DNA from: Octopus sinensis
Lineage: Eukaryota
Length of the DNA stretch: 64,000 bases
NCBI RefSeq assembly: GCF_006345805.1
Contig: NC_043024.1
Location: 9,362,001 to 9,426,000, forward strand
Direction of reading: 5' to 3'
This document shows, piece after piece, positions 39,169 to 50,349 of the stretch. How positions within the stretch are numbered: position 1 is the stretch's first letter; each line of letters starts with the position of its first letter. The notes beneath the pieces are model-generated. The model had not been told where the DNA came from and made no database searches. It saw only the letters and a list, made by a program, of their open reading frames with translations. The position numbers and the translations under genes were made by a program.

Positions 39169-42139
39169 ACGTTTTCTATTCCTGAGCATTATACTAATAC
39201 ATCTGTTTGTTTGTACACCACCTGTCTTCGTCTTTTGTTTTTTTCGTGTACTCTCCCAAATATATATATATATATATTAATATTTAGTAGAAATAACAGT
39301 AACTCAGGGTATTAGATGAAACTCTGTTACTTCTGCAAAATATTAATAAAAATACACATAGGCTTATATTTTGGGTTGTATTTTTCCTGTTTGCACCAAC
39401 TTGCCTATACACACACACACACACACATAAACCATTGAATCCGTAAGTGTTATTCAAACTATAGATTAAATTTTATATCCTCTCAAGAGTTATCTTTGAG
39501 TTCTTTAAGTGGCCAGACATAGTGTCATTTGAATTGACACTCCCTGGAATATTTAAATATCTGTTTGTGTATACGTTTGTGTGTGTGTGTGTGTGCGTAA
39601 GTTTATATATGTGTAGCACAAAACCAGACTGCATCTCATCTAGACTTGCTCTCTCCCTACTTAGTTGGGCTGTTATTATCATTATCATTTAACAATTGCA
39701 TTCTTCATTAAGAAGAACAGAATAAAATCAACAACTAGGCGCAGGAGTGGCTGTGTGGTAAGTAGCTTGCTAACCAACCACATGGTTCGGGGTTCAGTCC
39801 CACTGCGTGGCACCTTGGGCAAATGTCTTCTGCTATAGCCTCGGGCTGACCAATGCTTGTGAGTGGATTTGGTAGACGGAAACTGAAAGAAGCCTGTCGT
39901 ATATATGTATATGTATGTATGTATGTATATATATATATATATATGTTTGTGTGTATGTGTTTGTGTGTCTGTGTTTGTGCCCCTAGCATTGCTTGACAAC
40001 CGATGCTGGTGTGTTTACGTCCCCGTAACTTAGCGGTTTGGCGAAAGAGACCGATAGAATAAGTACTAGGCTTACAAAGAATAAGTCCCGGGGTCAATTT
40101 GCTCGACTAAAAGGCTGTGCTCCAGCATGGCCGCAGTCAAATGACTGAAACAAGTAAAAGAGTATAAAACAATGTTATCATCATCATCATTTAATAATTG
40201 CATCCTTCGTTAAGAAGAACAGGATAAAATCAACAACTATTACCAATCCCATTGAATTAACGAGGGAGCCACTATATAGTCTTTCAGTTTGCTAGATATC
40301 TTTTTCTTCTTTTTCCTTGTTTCAGTCATTTTGACTGCGGCCATGCTGGAGCACCGCCTTTAATTGAGCAACTCGACCCTGGGACTTATTCTTTTGTAAG
40401 CCCAGTACTTATTCTATCGGTCTCTTTTGCCGAACCGCTAAGTAACGGGGACATAAACACACCAGCATCGGTTGTCAAACAATGTTAGGGGGACAAACAC
40501 AAACACACAAACATACACACACACATATATATATACATATATACGACGGGCTTCTTTCAGTTTCCGCCTACCAAATCCACTCACAAGGCTTTGGTCGGCC
40601 CGAGGCTATAGCAGAAGACACTTGGCCAAAGTGCCATGCAGTGGGACTGAACCCGGGACCATGTGGTTGGTAAGCAAGCTACTTACCACACAGCCACTCC
40701 TGCGCCTATATATTTAAATTTTGCACACTTGTTGAGGGAGTTTTTGTTTACTAATTGCAAAGATAAACTCAGCTGATTTGAAGATTCTTTTTAACAATGA
40801 AGAATTCAAAACTAAGGTAGAACGGCTTGGAAGAAGATCCAGTGGTCATTGAAAAGACCATATTCTTAAGGTTGATGGTGGGGCGGGGTGCAGAGGAGGG
40901 GAAAAATCTACAGACAGCATGAAGGGGTGGACAGACAAATGATTAGAGAAGATTTAAATCTTGCCGCATAGCTCTGTTAGATACAGAATGTTTGTCTATC
41001 TACAGCATGTCATGACATTGCCCCTACACCTCCACTAGGAATTGAGCATTCAAACAAGTAAAAATAAAAAGGGGTTTTTATCAAACCTTTTACTAACTAC
41101 TTAACTGACTTTCTGTATTTTTAGAAGGGAGAAAAAAAGGACCCCTCGCCCCCCCCCCCTTTCTTTCTTTTTTTTTTTTTTTTTTTGAAGCAAATTCACA
41201 TTTCTGAGAGAGCATAGAGAGTGGGTGGAGCGGTGGAATGGAGTGGGTGGGTCCTACCCCACTCTGATAGCAGCAGCATGGTTGTGGGGGTACTTCACAG
41301 CCAGACTTTTATTTCTCTATTTTTTATTTTTTTTATATTTAATTCCTTTTTCTTCTTCTTCCTCCTCTTTTTTTTTCCTTCAAGTACAAAAACTAAACAG
41401 TTCCAACCCCCCCCCCCGCTTTCTGCAGTATTATTTACACATCAGCCCACCCCACCCATCCTCCATCAACCCACCCCCACCAGCTACCCAACCAGCCACT
41501 CCACCAACCCTCTCTGAGCCTCCTAACAGCCATCCCTCCTCACCAGCTACCCAGCAAAGACCTCCATCAGCCACCCCAACCAACCAACAAAACAACTCCA
41601 CTAACCCCCCCCCCCCCCACCAAGCCCCACCCCACCCATCCCATCCCATCATCAACCCCATAAGACACCCTTTTTTAGGGCACCAATTTATTTCCCATTA
41701 CACATGAGATGTTTCAGTTTTCAAAAGAGAATATGATGTCAGATGCTGCAGTGACCCCTTCCCCTCCTCATTGAAGTCGGTCAGTGTGACCCTTGTTAAG
41801 GCCAGACTTTGTAGGGACCCTTTATTCAGATCATCCATCACCTCTTTCATTTACAACTCTAACACCTGTTCTTCTAAACTGACCATTTAACTCTGTATTT
41901 ATATCTCAGTTTTTGTAGATGAGACACTCCCCCACACACCTTCACGTTTCCCCTCCTGGATAGGACCTCAGCTATCAACAGCTTTCATTTTTATACTACT
42001 TTATTGTCTCCTCCTGACTTGGGGCTCATTGTAGACCCACCTTCTAATTTGAGACTGGGCCCCTAATATTAAGTCAGCACCAAGAAACATACTTTACATT
42101 ATTTACAATTGACGGATATTTGTCATCGACTTGTTTGTT

Positions 42140-42185
42140 GTTAACATGTTTCGGCTGATATACCTTCCGGCCTTCATCAGGTGTC
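42140..42185 (-). ncRNA. Degenerate hammerhead motif
   Basis: Minus strand reads GACAC CTGATGA A GGCCGG-aaggtata-TCAGCC GAAA CATGT T aac. The core and stem II are present, but the 3' strand of stem I is lost. Confidence 0.55.
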
Positions 42186-42681
42186 CTGGGGAAATTTCGA
42201 ACCTAGGTTCTCATTCCTCAGGTATTTTTCGATGTTATTATTAAGGCGGCGAGCTGGTGGAAATGTTAGCATGCCGGACGAAATGCGTGGCCGTATTTCG
42301 TCTGTCGTTACGTTCCGAGTTCAAATTCCGCTGATGTCGACTTTGCCTTTCTTTCATCCTTTTGGGGTCGATAAATAAAATACCAGTTACACATTGGGGT
42401 CAATGTAATTGACTTAATCCCTTTGTATGTCCTTGTTTGTCCCTTCTGTGTTTAGCCTCTTGTGGGTAATAAAGAAATAGGTATTTCGGCTGCCGCCACG
42501 TTCTGAGTTCAAATTCCGCCGAGGTCGACTTTACCTTTCATCCTTTCGGGGTCGATAAATTAAGTACCAGTTACGCATTAGGGTCAATGTAATGAACTTA
42601 ATCCCTTTGTCTGTCCTTATTTGTCCCCTCTGTGTTTAGCCCCTTGTGTGTAGTAAAGAAATAATTATTATTATTATTATT

Positions 42682-42750
42682 CCAGTCACTGCTTGGAATC
42701 GAACTCGGAATCTTGGGGTTAGTAGCCCCGCACTCTTAACCACTACGCCA
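42682..42750 (-). mobile_element. tRNA-derived head (Pol III A and B boxes) of a composite element spanning ~42095-42810
   Basis: Minus strand: TGGCGTAGTGG (A box), anticodon-like arm GGGG-CTACTAA-CCCC, GAGTTCGATTCC (B box), followed by (AAT)n. Not a complete cloverleaf. Confidence 0.7.
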
Positions 42751-44919
42751 TATGTAAATAACGTAAATAATGTACGTAATTCCTCATCTCTTAAATATAG
42801 AACTGTAAAAACCTATTTTATAGTAAATCCCACCAAATTGTTGATTGTTTTTAAAATTAATCAAACCAGATGTATGGCTGTAGTTTCTCAGATATTTGGG
42901 TCACAAAACATTTGTTGTCACAACATATGTTTTCAAAACAGTTTTTTAAAAAAAAAGGGCTGGTGATTAAAAATTTTGTTTTCTTTGTGCTGTCTTTTAA
43001 GTAAGTAAATAACCAACCAAACACACCGGCTCTGTCTGTAATTATATATTCGGATAGGTATAGGGTTCCAGAAGTTCAAAGTGTTTTGTCTTGGTCTCCT
43101 GTTACTGTGTGGCATTCCTTTTACAGTTCACCAGAAGTATGGCAAAGCCCCCTGTAAATCTCTTGCCTTTGTTTTGACGTCCTGTCATCAGAATTACCCT
43201 TGCCCTCGTCTTTCTTCCTGTTCCCCTTCAACACCATTATCACCACCACCGCCGCTGCCGCCGCCATCATCGTCGTCAGCATCAATCTTTGTCCTTGTCA
43301 TTCTGCCACATATTCCAGGAAGATGTTGAAAAAAGGTGGCCTGAGGCAGTATATCACCACCTTTCTCTCTGATCTGTGTCCTTCAAATCCATGACCACCA
43401 CTAACTACACACTCAGATTTCATGACCACCACTATACACTTGTTATTGTTGGATAATGTCTCTTATAATTTGTACAATCATGGCATTTTCGTCTTCTGCT
43501 GGGCTTATCTATATGCATACTGTGCCGGTGGCACGTAAAAAGCACCCACTACACTCACAGAATGGTTGGCGTTAGGAAGGGCATCCAGCCGTAGAAACAC
43601 TGCCAGATCTGACTAGGCCTGATGAAGCCTTCTGGCTTCACAGACCCCAGTTGAACCGTCCAACCCATGCTAGCATGGAAAACGGACGCTAAACGATGAT
43701 GATGATGATGATATATATGTGTATGTGTATGTATGTATATATATGTATATAATATAAAATATAAATTAGAGATAAAACCACTATTACGCAACTCAGTGAT
43801 AGACGTAAATCAAAACATAAATAACAAATAATATATATTTTTATATATATATATATATTGTGAAATTTGATTTAATACTAAATTGAATTTTTCCCTGTAA
43901 GTTTGGAGTTATACTCCCTAATATCATTATTATTATTATTATTATTATTTTTATTATATATATATATATATATATATACATGGCAATAAGAAAATGGAGG
44001 GGATCAAGTGGTGGCATTCATCAACTTTTAGACATTATATTGTCTATTCATTTAATTTTTAAAAAATGCAATTATAACAATATGCATACCTGTATAACAT
44101 ATTATTCTTTACATATATAAAACTACCATTAATTATGAAAATATATAACGAAGAACATAGAATTTATAATTGTCCAATTTATTGTTTTCTTTTCCATTTC
44201 TTATTAATATTTATATATTAATAAACTGTTTTTTTTTATTTACCTTTTGGAATAACATTGTTATTGATACAGGTAATAAAAACCAGTAAATTCTTTGGAT
44301 ATTTAATATCCTTTAGGTGGTACATAAAAAGCACCATTCAAGCATGTCTTATACTAGTGTTGCCTGACTGGTACTTTAAAAGCACCATTCAAGCATGACT
44401 AATGCCAGTTGCTGCCTGACTAGCACATAAAAAGGACCATTCAAGCATGGTCCATGCTAGTGCCGCCTGATTGGGTCCCATGCTGGTGACATGTAAAAAA
44501 TACCCACTACATTCTCTGAGTGGTTGGCGTTAGGAAGGGCATCCAGCTGTAGAAACCTTGCCAGATCAGATTGGAGCCTGGTGCGGTCTCCCGGGTTGCT
44601 AGTCCTCAGTCAAACCATCCAACCCATGCCAGCATGGAAAGCAGACATTAAACGATGACGATAATGATGATATATGTATTTATTTATATATTACTCTTTT
44701 ACTCTTTTACTTGTTTCAGTCATTTGACTGCGGCCATGCTGGAGCACCGCCTTTAGTCGAGCAAATCGACCCCAGGACTTATTCTTTGTAAGCCTAGTAC
44801 TTATTCTATCGGTCTCTTTTGCCGAACTGCTAAGTTACGGGGACGTAAACACACCAGCATCGATTGTCAAGCAATGCTAGGGGGACAAACACAGACATAT
44901 ACACACATACATATATATA

Positions 44920-44952
<33 letters not shown>

Positions 44953-45909
44953 AGACAGGTTTCTTTCAGTTTCCGTCTACCAAATCCACTCACAAGGCTT
45001 TTGTCGGCCCCAGGCTATAGTTGAAGACATTTGCCCAAGGTGCCACGCAGTGGGACTGAACTCGGAACTATGTGTTGGTAAGCAAGCTACTTACCACACA
45101 GCCACTCCTGCACCTATATATATATATATATATATACATATATACGACAGGCTTCTTTCAGTTTCCGTCTTCCAAATCCACTCACAAGGCTTTGGTCGGC
45201 CCAAGGCTATAGTAGAAGACACTTGCCGAAGATGCCACGCAGTGGGACTGAACCCGGAACTATATGGTTGGTTAGCAAGCTACTTACCACACAGCCACTC
45301 CTGCGCCTGTTGTTTACGAAACACTAAGAACTTCCCAATGGAATTTGTTTGTGAAACCTAAAATTTATTTAACATAATAAAACGCGATAAAACATGATAA
45401 AACGTTTAAGGTTAAAGTTAAAACTCTGCTAAAATGAAAGAGGACAGTCTTGTGGTGGTTATTGAAGAAAAACAGAACATATCTCTCTGGTCTCGAGGCT
45501 GGTGCCATGTTTAATTGCAGTCAAGATTAATGGCATGCGGCATTGATAAACAAAGTGTGGAATCTAAATTATTTCTTTATTTTGGGGATCGGTTAAGGTT
45601 AATCGGAAGAAGACGAAGACGACGACGACTGTCGTCACGAACTGGTAAACTTTGCTCTGGTGTTTATAACTGAATAAATTTCACTGAGGTGGGGGGAGGG
45701 CGTGCTAAAGGGCCATGTTAACTGGACAATTTCAAGATGTATCCGTTTCTTTTTGATTTTTCTCCTGAACAAATTCATTGTTGACTAAGCTACGGGGACG
45801 TAAACACAACGATACCAGTTGTTAAGTGGTGATGGTGAAACAAACACAGACACACACTGGAGAATTTTTTTTCTCTGTCTTCCCTTCTCTGGATCTTTCC
45901 TTCTCCTAT

Positions 45910-45945
45910 GTTTCCGATGAAGAGCTCCGCCTCGAAACGTTAAAC
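45910..45945 (+). ncRNA. Minimal hammerhead-like motif, core variant CCGAUGA, in a ~175-bp element (45860-46035) ending in (TA)n
   Basis: Reads GTTT CCGATGA A GAG-ctccgc-CTC GAAA CGT T AAAC; same 36-nt geometry as 38846, with covarying stem I. The 3' tail of this family resembles positions 1-60 of the window. Confidence 0.6.
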
Positions 45946-46031
45946 GCTTCCTTCCTGAGCGTCCAATAATACTATATTTGTTCCATGTCCTCGCGTTGTT
46001 GTGTTTTTTTTGTGCTTTCTTGTTTGGATTA

Positions 46032-46093
<62 letters not shown>

Positions 46094-46265
46094 GATGGTC
46101 ATCTTTCAGTTTGCGTCTGCCAAATCCACTCACAAGGCTTTGGTTGGCCCGAGGCTTTAGTAGAGGACACCTGCCCAAGGTACCACGCAGTGGTACTGAA
46201 TCTAGAACCATGCGCTTGGGAAGCAAGCGTCTTACCACACAGCTACTCCTGCGCCCTCTCTCTCT

Positions 46266-46300
<35 letters not shown>

Positions 46301-47392
46301 TGATTGATTGATTGATTCTAGTTTCAGCTCATGAGCTGTGGCCATGCTGGGGCACCGCCATTTATTATTATTAAGGCAGGGACCTGGCAGAATAATTAGC
46401 ACAGCAGGAAAAATGCTTAGCAGCATTTCATCCATCTTTACATTCTGCTGAGGTTGACTTGGCCTTTCATTCCCTCAAGGTTGATGAAATAAGTACCAGT
46501 TAAGCCCTGGGGTTGATGTTATGAACCAGCACTAGCATAAACCAGAGTGTGTTCCACCCAGGATGGCCCGTCCATTTGCTGTCCCCGAGACCTCGCAAAA
46601 ATTACATATTCCCTACAGCAGACCCCAAAGTGCCACTTGGAGCAGACAAGCTACGCTAGTGTCAACTAGTCCCCTCTCCTAAAATTTCGGGCCTCACCCC
46701 TTTTGCAAAACGGATTACTATTAAGCTAAATAATGCACTACAACTGCACTATTGTTGCTATACATTCTTCAATTTCCTGAAAAGCCAGACTCTAATTCTA
46801 AACCACTTTACAGCCTTTGTGTGGTAAGTAGCTTGTTTACCAACCACATGGTTCTGGGTTCAGTCCCACTGCGTGGCACCTTGGGCAAGTGTCTTCTACT
46901 ATAGCCTCGGGCCGACCAAAGCCTTGTGAGTGGATTTGGTAGACGGAAACTGAAAGAAGCCCATCCTATATATGTATATATATGTATGCGTGTGTGTGTG
47001 GTTGTGTGTCTGTGTTTGTCTCCCTATCATTGCTTGACGACCAATGCTGGTGTGTTTATGTCCCCCTAACTTAGCGGTTTGGCAAAAGAGACCGATAGAA
47101 TAAGTACTGGGCTTACAAAGAATAAGTCCCGGGGTCGATTACCTCGACTAAAGGCGGTGCTCCAGCATGGCCGCAGTCAAATGACTGAAACAAGTAAAAG
47201 AGTAAAGAGTAAAGAGAGAGTCCTCTCTCCTAGAATTACAGGCCTCGTGCCTTTTGCAAAATGGATTACTATTAAACTAAATAATGCACTACAACTGCGC
47301 TATTGTTGCTATACATTCTTCGGTTTCCTGAAAAGCCAGACTCTAATTCCAAACCACTTTACAGCCTTCTCTCTTTTCACACACACACACAC

Positions 47393-47423
<31 letters not shown>

Positions 47424-47499
47424 GATACATACAGACACACACACACATATACATATACTCTGTTGCTTTATGTTCAGTAAACCATGTCACCACCTGATC

Positions 47500-47535
<36 letters not shown>

Positions 47536-47610
47536 TATATACATACATACACACACACACATATATATATATATACATATACACACACACACATATATAT
47601 ATATACATAT

Positions 47611-47641
<31 letters not shown>

Positions 47642-48359
47642 CATATACACACACACATATATATATACAAAGACATACACACTCACATGTACTAACTGCA
47701 TAAGTAAACCACTTCACAACCACATAGATATATATGTGTGTGTATGTATATATATACATACGTAGACACATACACACACTTGCTTGTTCTGTTAGTTTAT
47801 GCTCCATGAACCACATCAATACAAGCACCACGCTAACATTTTCTCACAGTGTAGACCTATTTAGATAAGCAGCAAAACGGAGCTGGCTTTACGACACTTT
47901 GCTTCGCTTAAATGGCAAATGCTTGTTGCTTATCAAAATCTCAACTTGGAAAGTCTAAAGTTTCACGAGAGATTCCAATTCGGTTTGGTTTGGTTTGCAG
48001 CGAGGCCTCGGGGTTTTAGTCTGAAAATCTGATCGCGGATACACTCTGAACTAGTTGAGATAGTAATACGAGACATATTTATGAGGTTTATTTTGGGTTT
48101 TATTTTGGTTTTATTATTTATGTAGAAATTATTGCATTTGCAAAGAACTCTCTTTACACCGTTTGTCAGTAACAAACATTGGGAGAAGCCTGAGTAAATA
48201 CAAAGAGAGAAAGAGAGAGAGAGGTGATAAATGAGAAGCAAAAGAACAACAACAACAACAACAATAACAACAACAACAGCCAGAGATACACAAATAAAAC
48301 AATGTTTTTACTGTTCAGCATCACTTTATCATTTTCCATTTCAGTCCCACTGCGTGGCA

Positions 48360-48678
48360 CCTTGGGCAAGTGTCCTCTACTATAGCCTTGGGCAAGTGCC
48401 CTCTACTATAGCCTTGGCAAGTGTCCTCTACTATAGCCTTGGGCAAGTGCCCTCTACTATAGCCTTGGGCAAGTGCCCTCTACTATAGCCTTGGCAAGTG
48501 CCCTCTACTATAGCCTTGGGCAAGTGTCCTCTACTATAGCCTTGGGCAAGTGTCCTCTACTATAGCCTTGGGCAAGTGTCCTCTACTATAGCCTTGGGCA
48601 AGTGTCCTCTACTATAGCTTTGGGCAAGTGTCCTCTACTATATAGCCTTGGGCAAGTGTCCTCTACTATAGCCTTGGG
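48360..48678. repeat. 26-bp tandem (~12 units) expanded from the ccttgggcaagtgtcctctactatag segment of SINE A
   Basis: Sits between the SINE A head remnant (48340) and the continuation ccaaccaaagccttgtg. Confidence 0.95.
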
Positions 48679-49540
48679 CCAACCAAAGCCTTGTGAAAGC
48701 TGACCATCATATACATATGACGCAAACTATTCTTTTTATTCTTTATTCTTTTACTTGTTTCAGTCATTTGACTGCGGCCAAGCTGGAGCACCGCCTTTAG
48801 TTGAGGCAAATCGACTCCGGGACTTATTCTTTGTAAGCCCAGTACTTATTCTATCGGTCTCTTTTGCCGAACTGCTAAGTGATGGGGACGTAAACGCACC
48901 AGCATCGGTTGTCAAGCAATGCTAGGGGGACAAACACAGACATACAAACACACACACACACACACATACATACATATACATATATACGACAGGCTTCTTT
49001 CAGTTTCCGTCTACCAAATCCACTCACAAGGCATTGGTCAGCCCGGGGTTATAGCAGAAGACACTTGCCCAAGGTGCCACGCAGTGGGACTGAACCCGGA
49101 ACCATGTGGTTGGTTAGCAAGCTACTTACCACGCAGCCACTCCTTTGCTCGGCTAAAAAGGGCGGTGCTCCAGCATGGCCGCAGTCAAATGACCGAAACA
49201 AGTAAAAGAGATAAAAGAGAAAATAGTGAAAGAGAGAGAGAGAGAGGTGATAAATGAGAAGCAAAAGAACAACAACAATAACAACAACAACAGCCTGAGA
49301 TACACAAATAAAACAATGTTTTTACTGTTCAGCATCACTTTATCATCATTTTCCGTTTCTTTGTTTCCAAGAATGGATTTGGCAGTATTTGGTAACCAGA
49401 ACTTTTAAAAGAGCAATGGAACCACCGTGAAAAAAGCTGTTTGGGAATAGAATCAAATATTTATGAAATAGCTTGGTTTTTTTTTTGTTTTTTTGGGGTT
49501 TTTTTGGTTTTGTTTAAGGATGGGCATCATCATCATCGTC

Positions 49541-49572
<32 letters not shown>

Positions 49573-49699
49573 CTTCATCATCTTCATCATCACCATCATC
49601 AACATCATCACCACCACCATCATCACCACCACCACCATCATCATCACCACCATCATCACCATCATCATCATCATCACCACCATCATCACCATCATCATC

Positions 49700-49730
<31 letters not shown>

Positions 49731-50349
49731 CTATCTTCATCATCACCATCATCATCATCAACATCATCACCACCACCATCATCACCACCACCACCATCAT
49801 CATCACCACCATCATCACCATCATCACCATCATCATCATCATCATCATCACCACCACCATCATCACCACCATCATCATCATCATCATCATCGTCATCATA
49901 GAAATGGACATTCAATGATAGTGGCGGTGGTGGTGGTTCTGTTTCTTTCCTTCCTTCCTTCCTTTCTCTTTCTTTCTCTCTCTTTTTACTTGTTCCTTTC
50001 ATTGGACTGCAAAGAATTTAGTGGAACAAATAGGCCCTAGTTCTTATCATCATCATCATCATCATCATCATCATAGAAATGGACATTAAATGATGATGGC
50101 GGCGGTGATGGTGGTTCTGTTTGTCCTTCCTTCCTTTCTTTCTCTCTCTCTCTCTTTCTTGTTCCTTTCATTGGACTGCAAAGGATTTAGTCGAACAAAT
50201 AGTCCCTAGTTCTTATCATCATCATTTAATGTCCGTTTTCCATGCTGGCATGGGTTGGACGGTTCGACCGAGGTCTGGAAAGCTAGAGGCTGTACCAGGT
50301 TCCAGTCTGATCTGGCAAGGTTTCTACAGCTGGATGCCCTTCCTAACAC

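Noticed and set aside
42682-42750. Functional tRNA gene (and other tRNA-like heads at 14279, 19735, 540)
   Set aside because: No acceptor-stem closure; they continue into repeat bodies, so they are SINE heads.
43618-43645. CTGATGA-AGCC-ttct-GGCT as a hammerhead (also 60304, 15523, 34203)
   Set aside because: No correctly placed GAAA with stems III and I; 43618 and 34203 are ordinary family C sequence.
49441-50040. Poly-His, poly-Met or Asp/Gly ORFs
   Set aside because: (CAT/CAC)n microsatellite.
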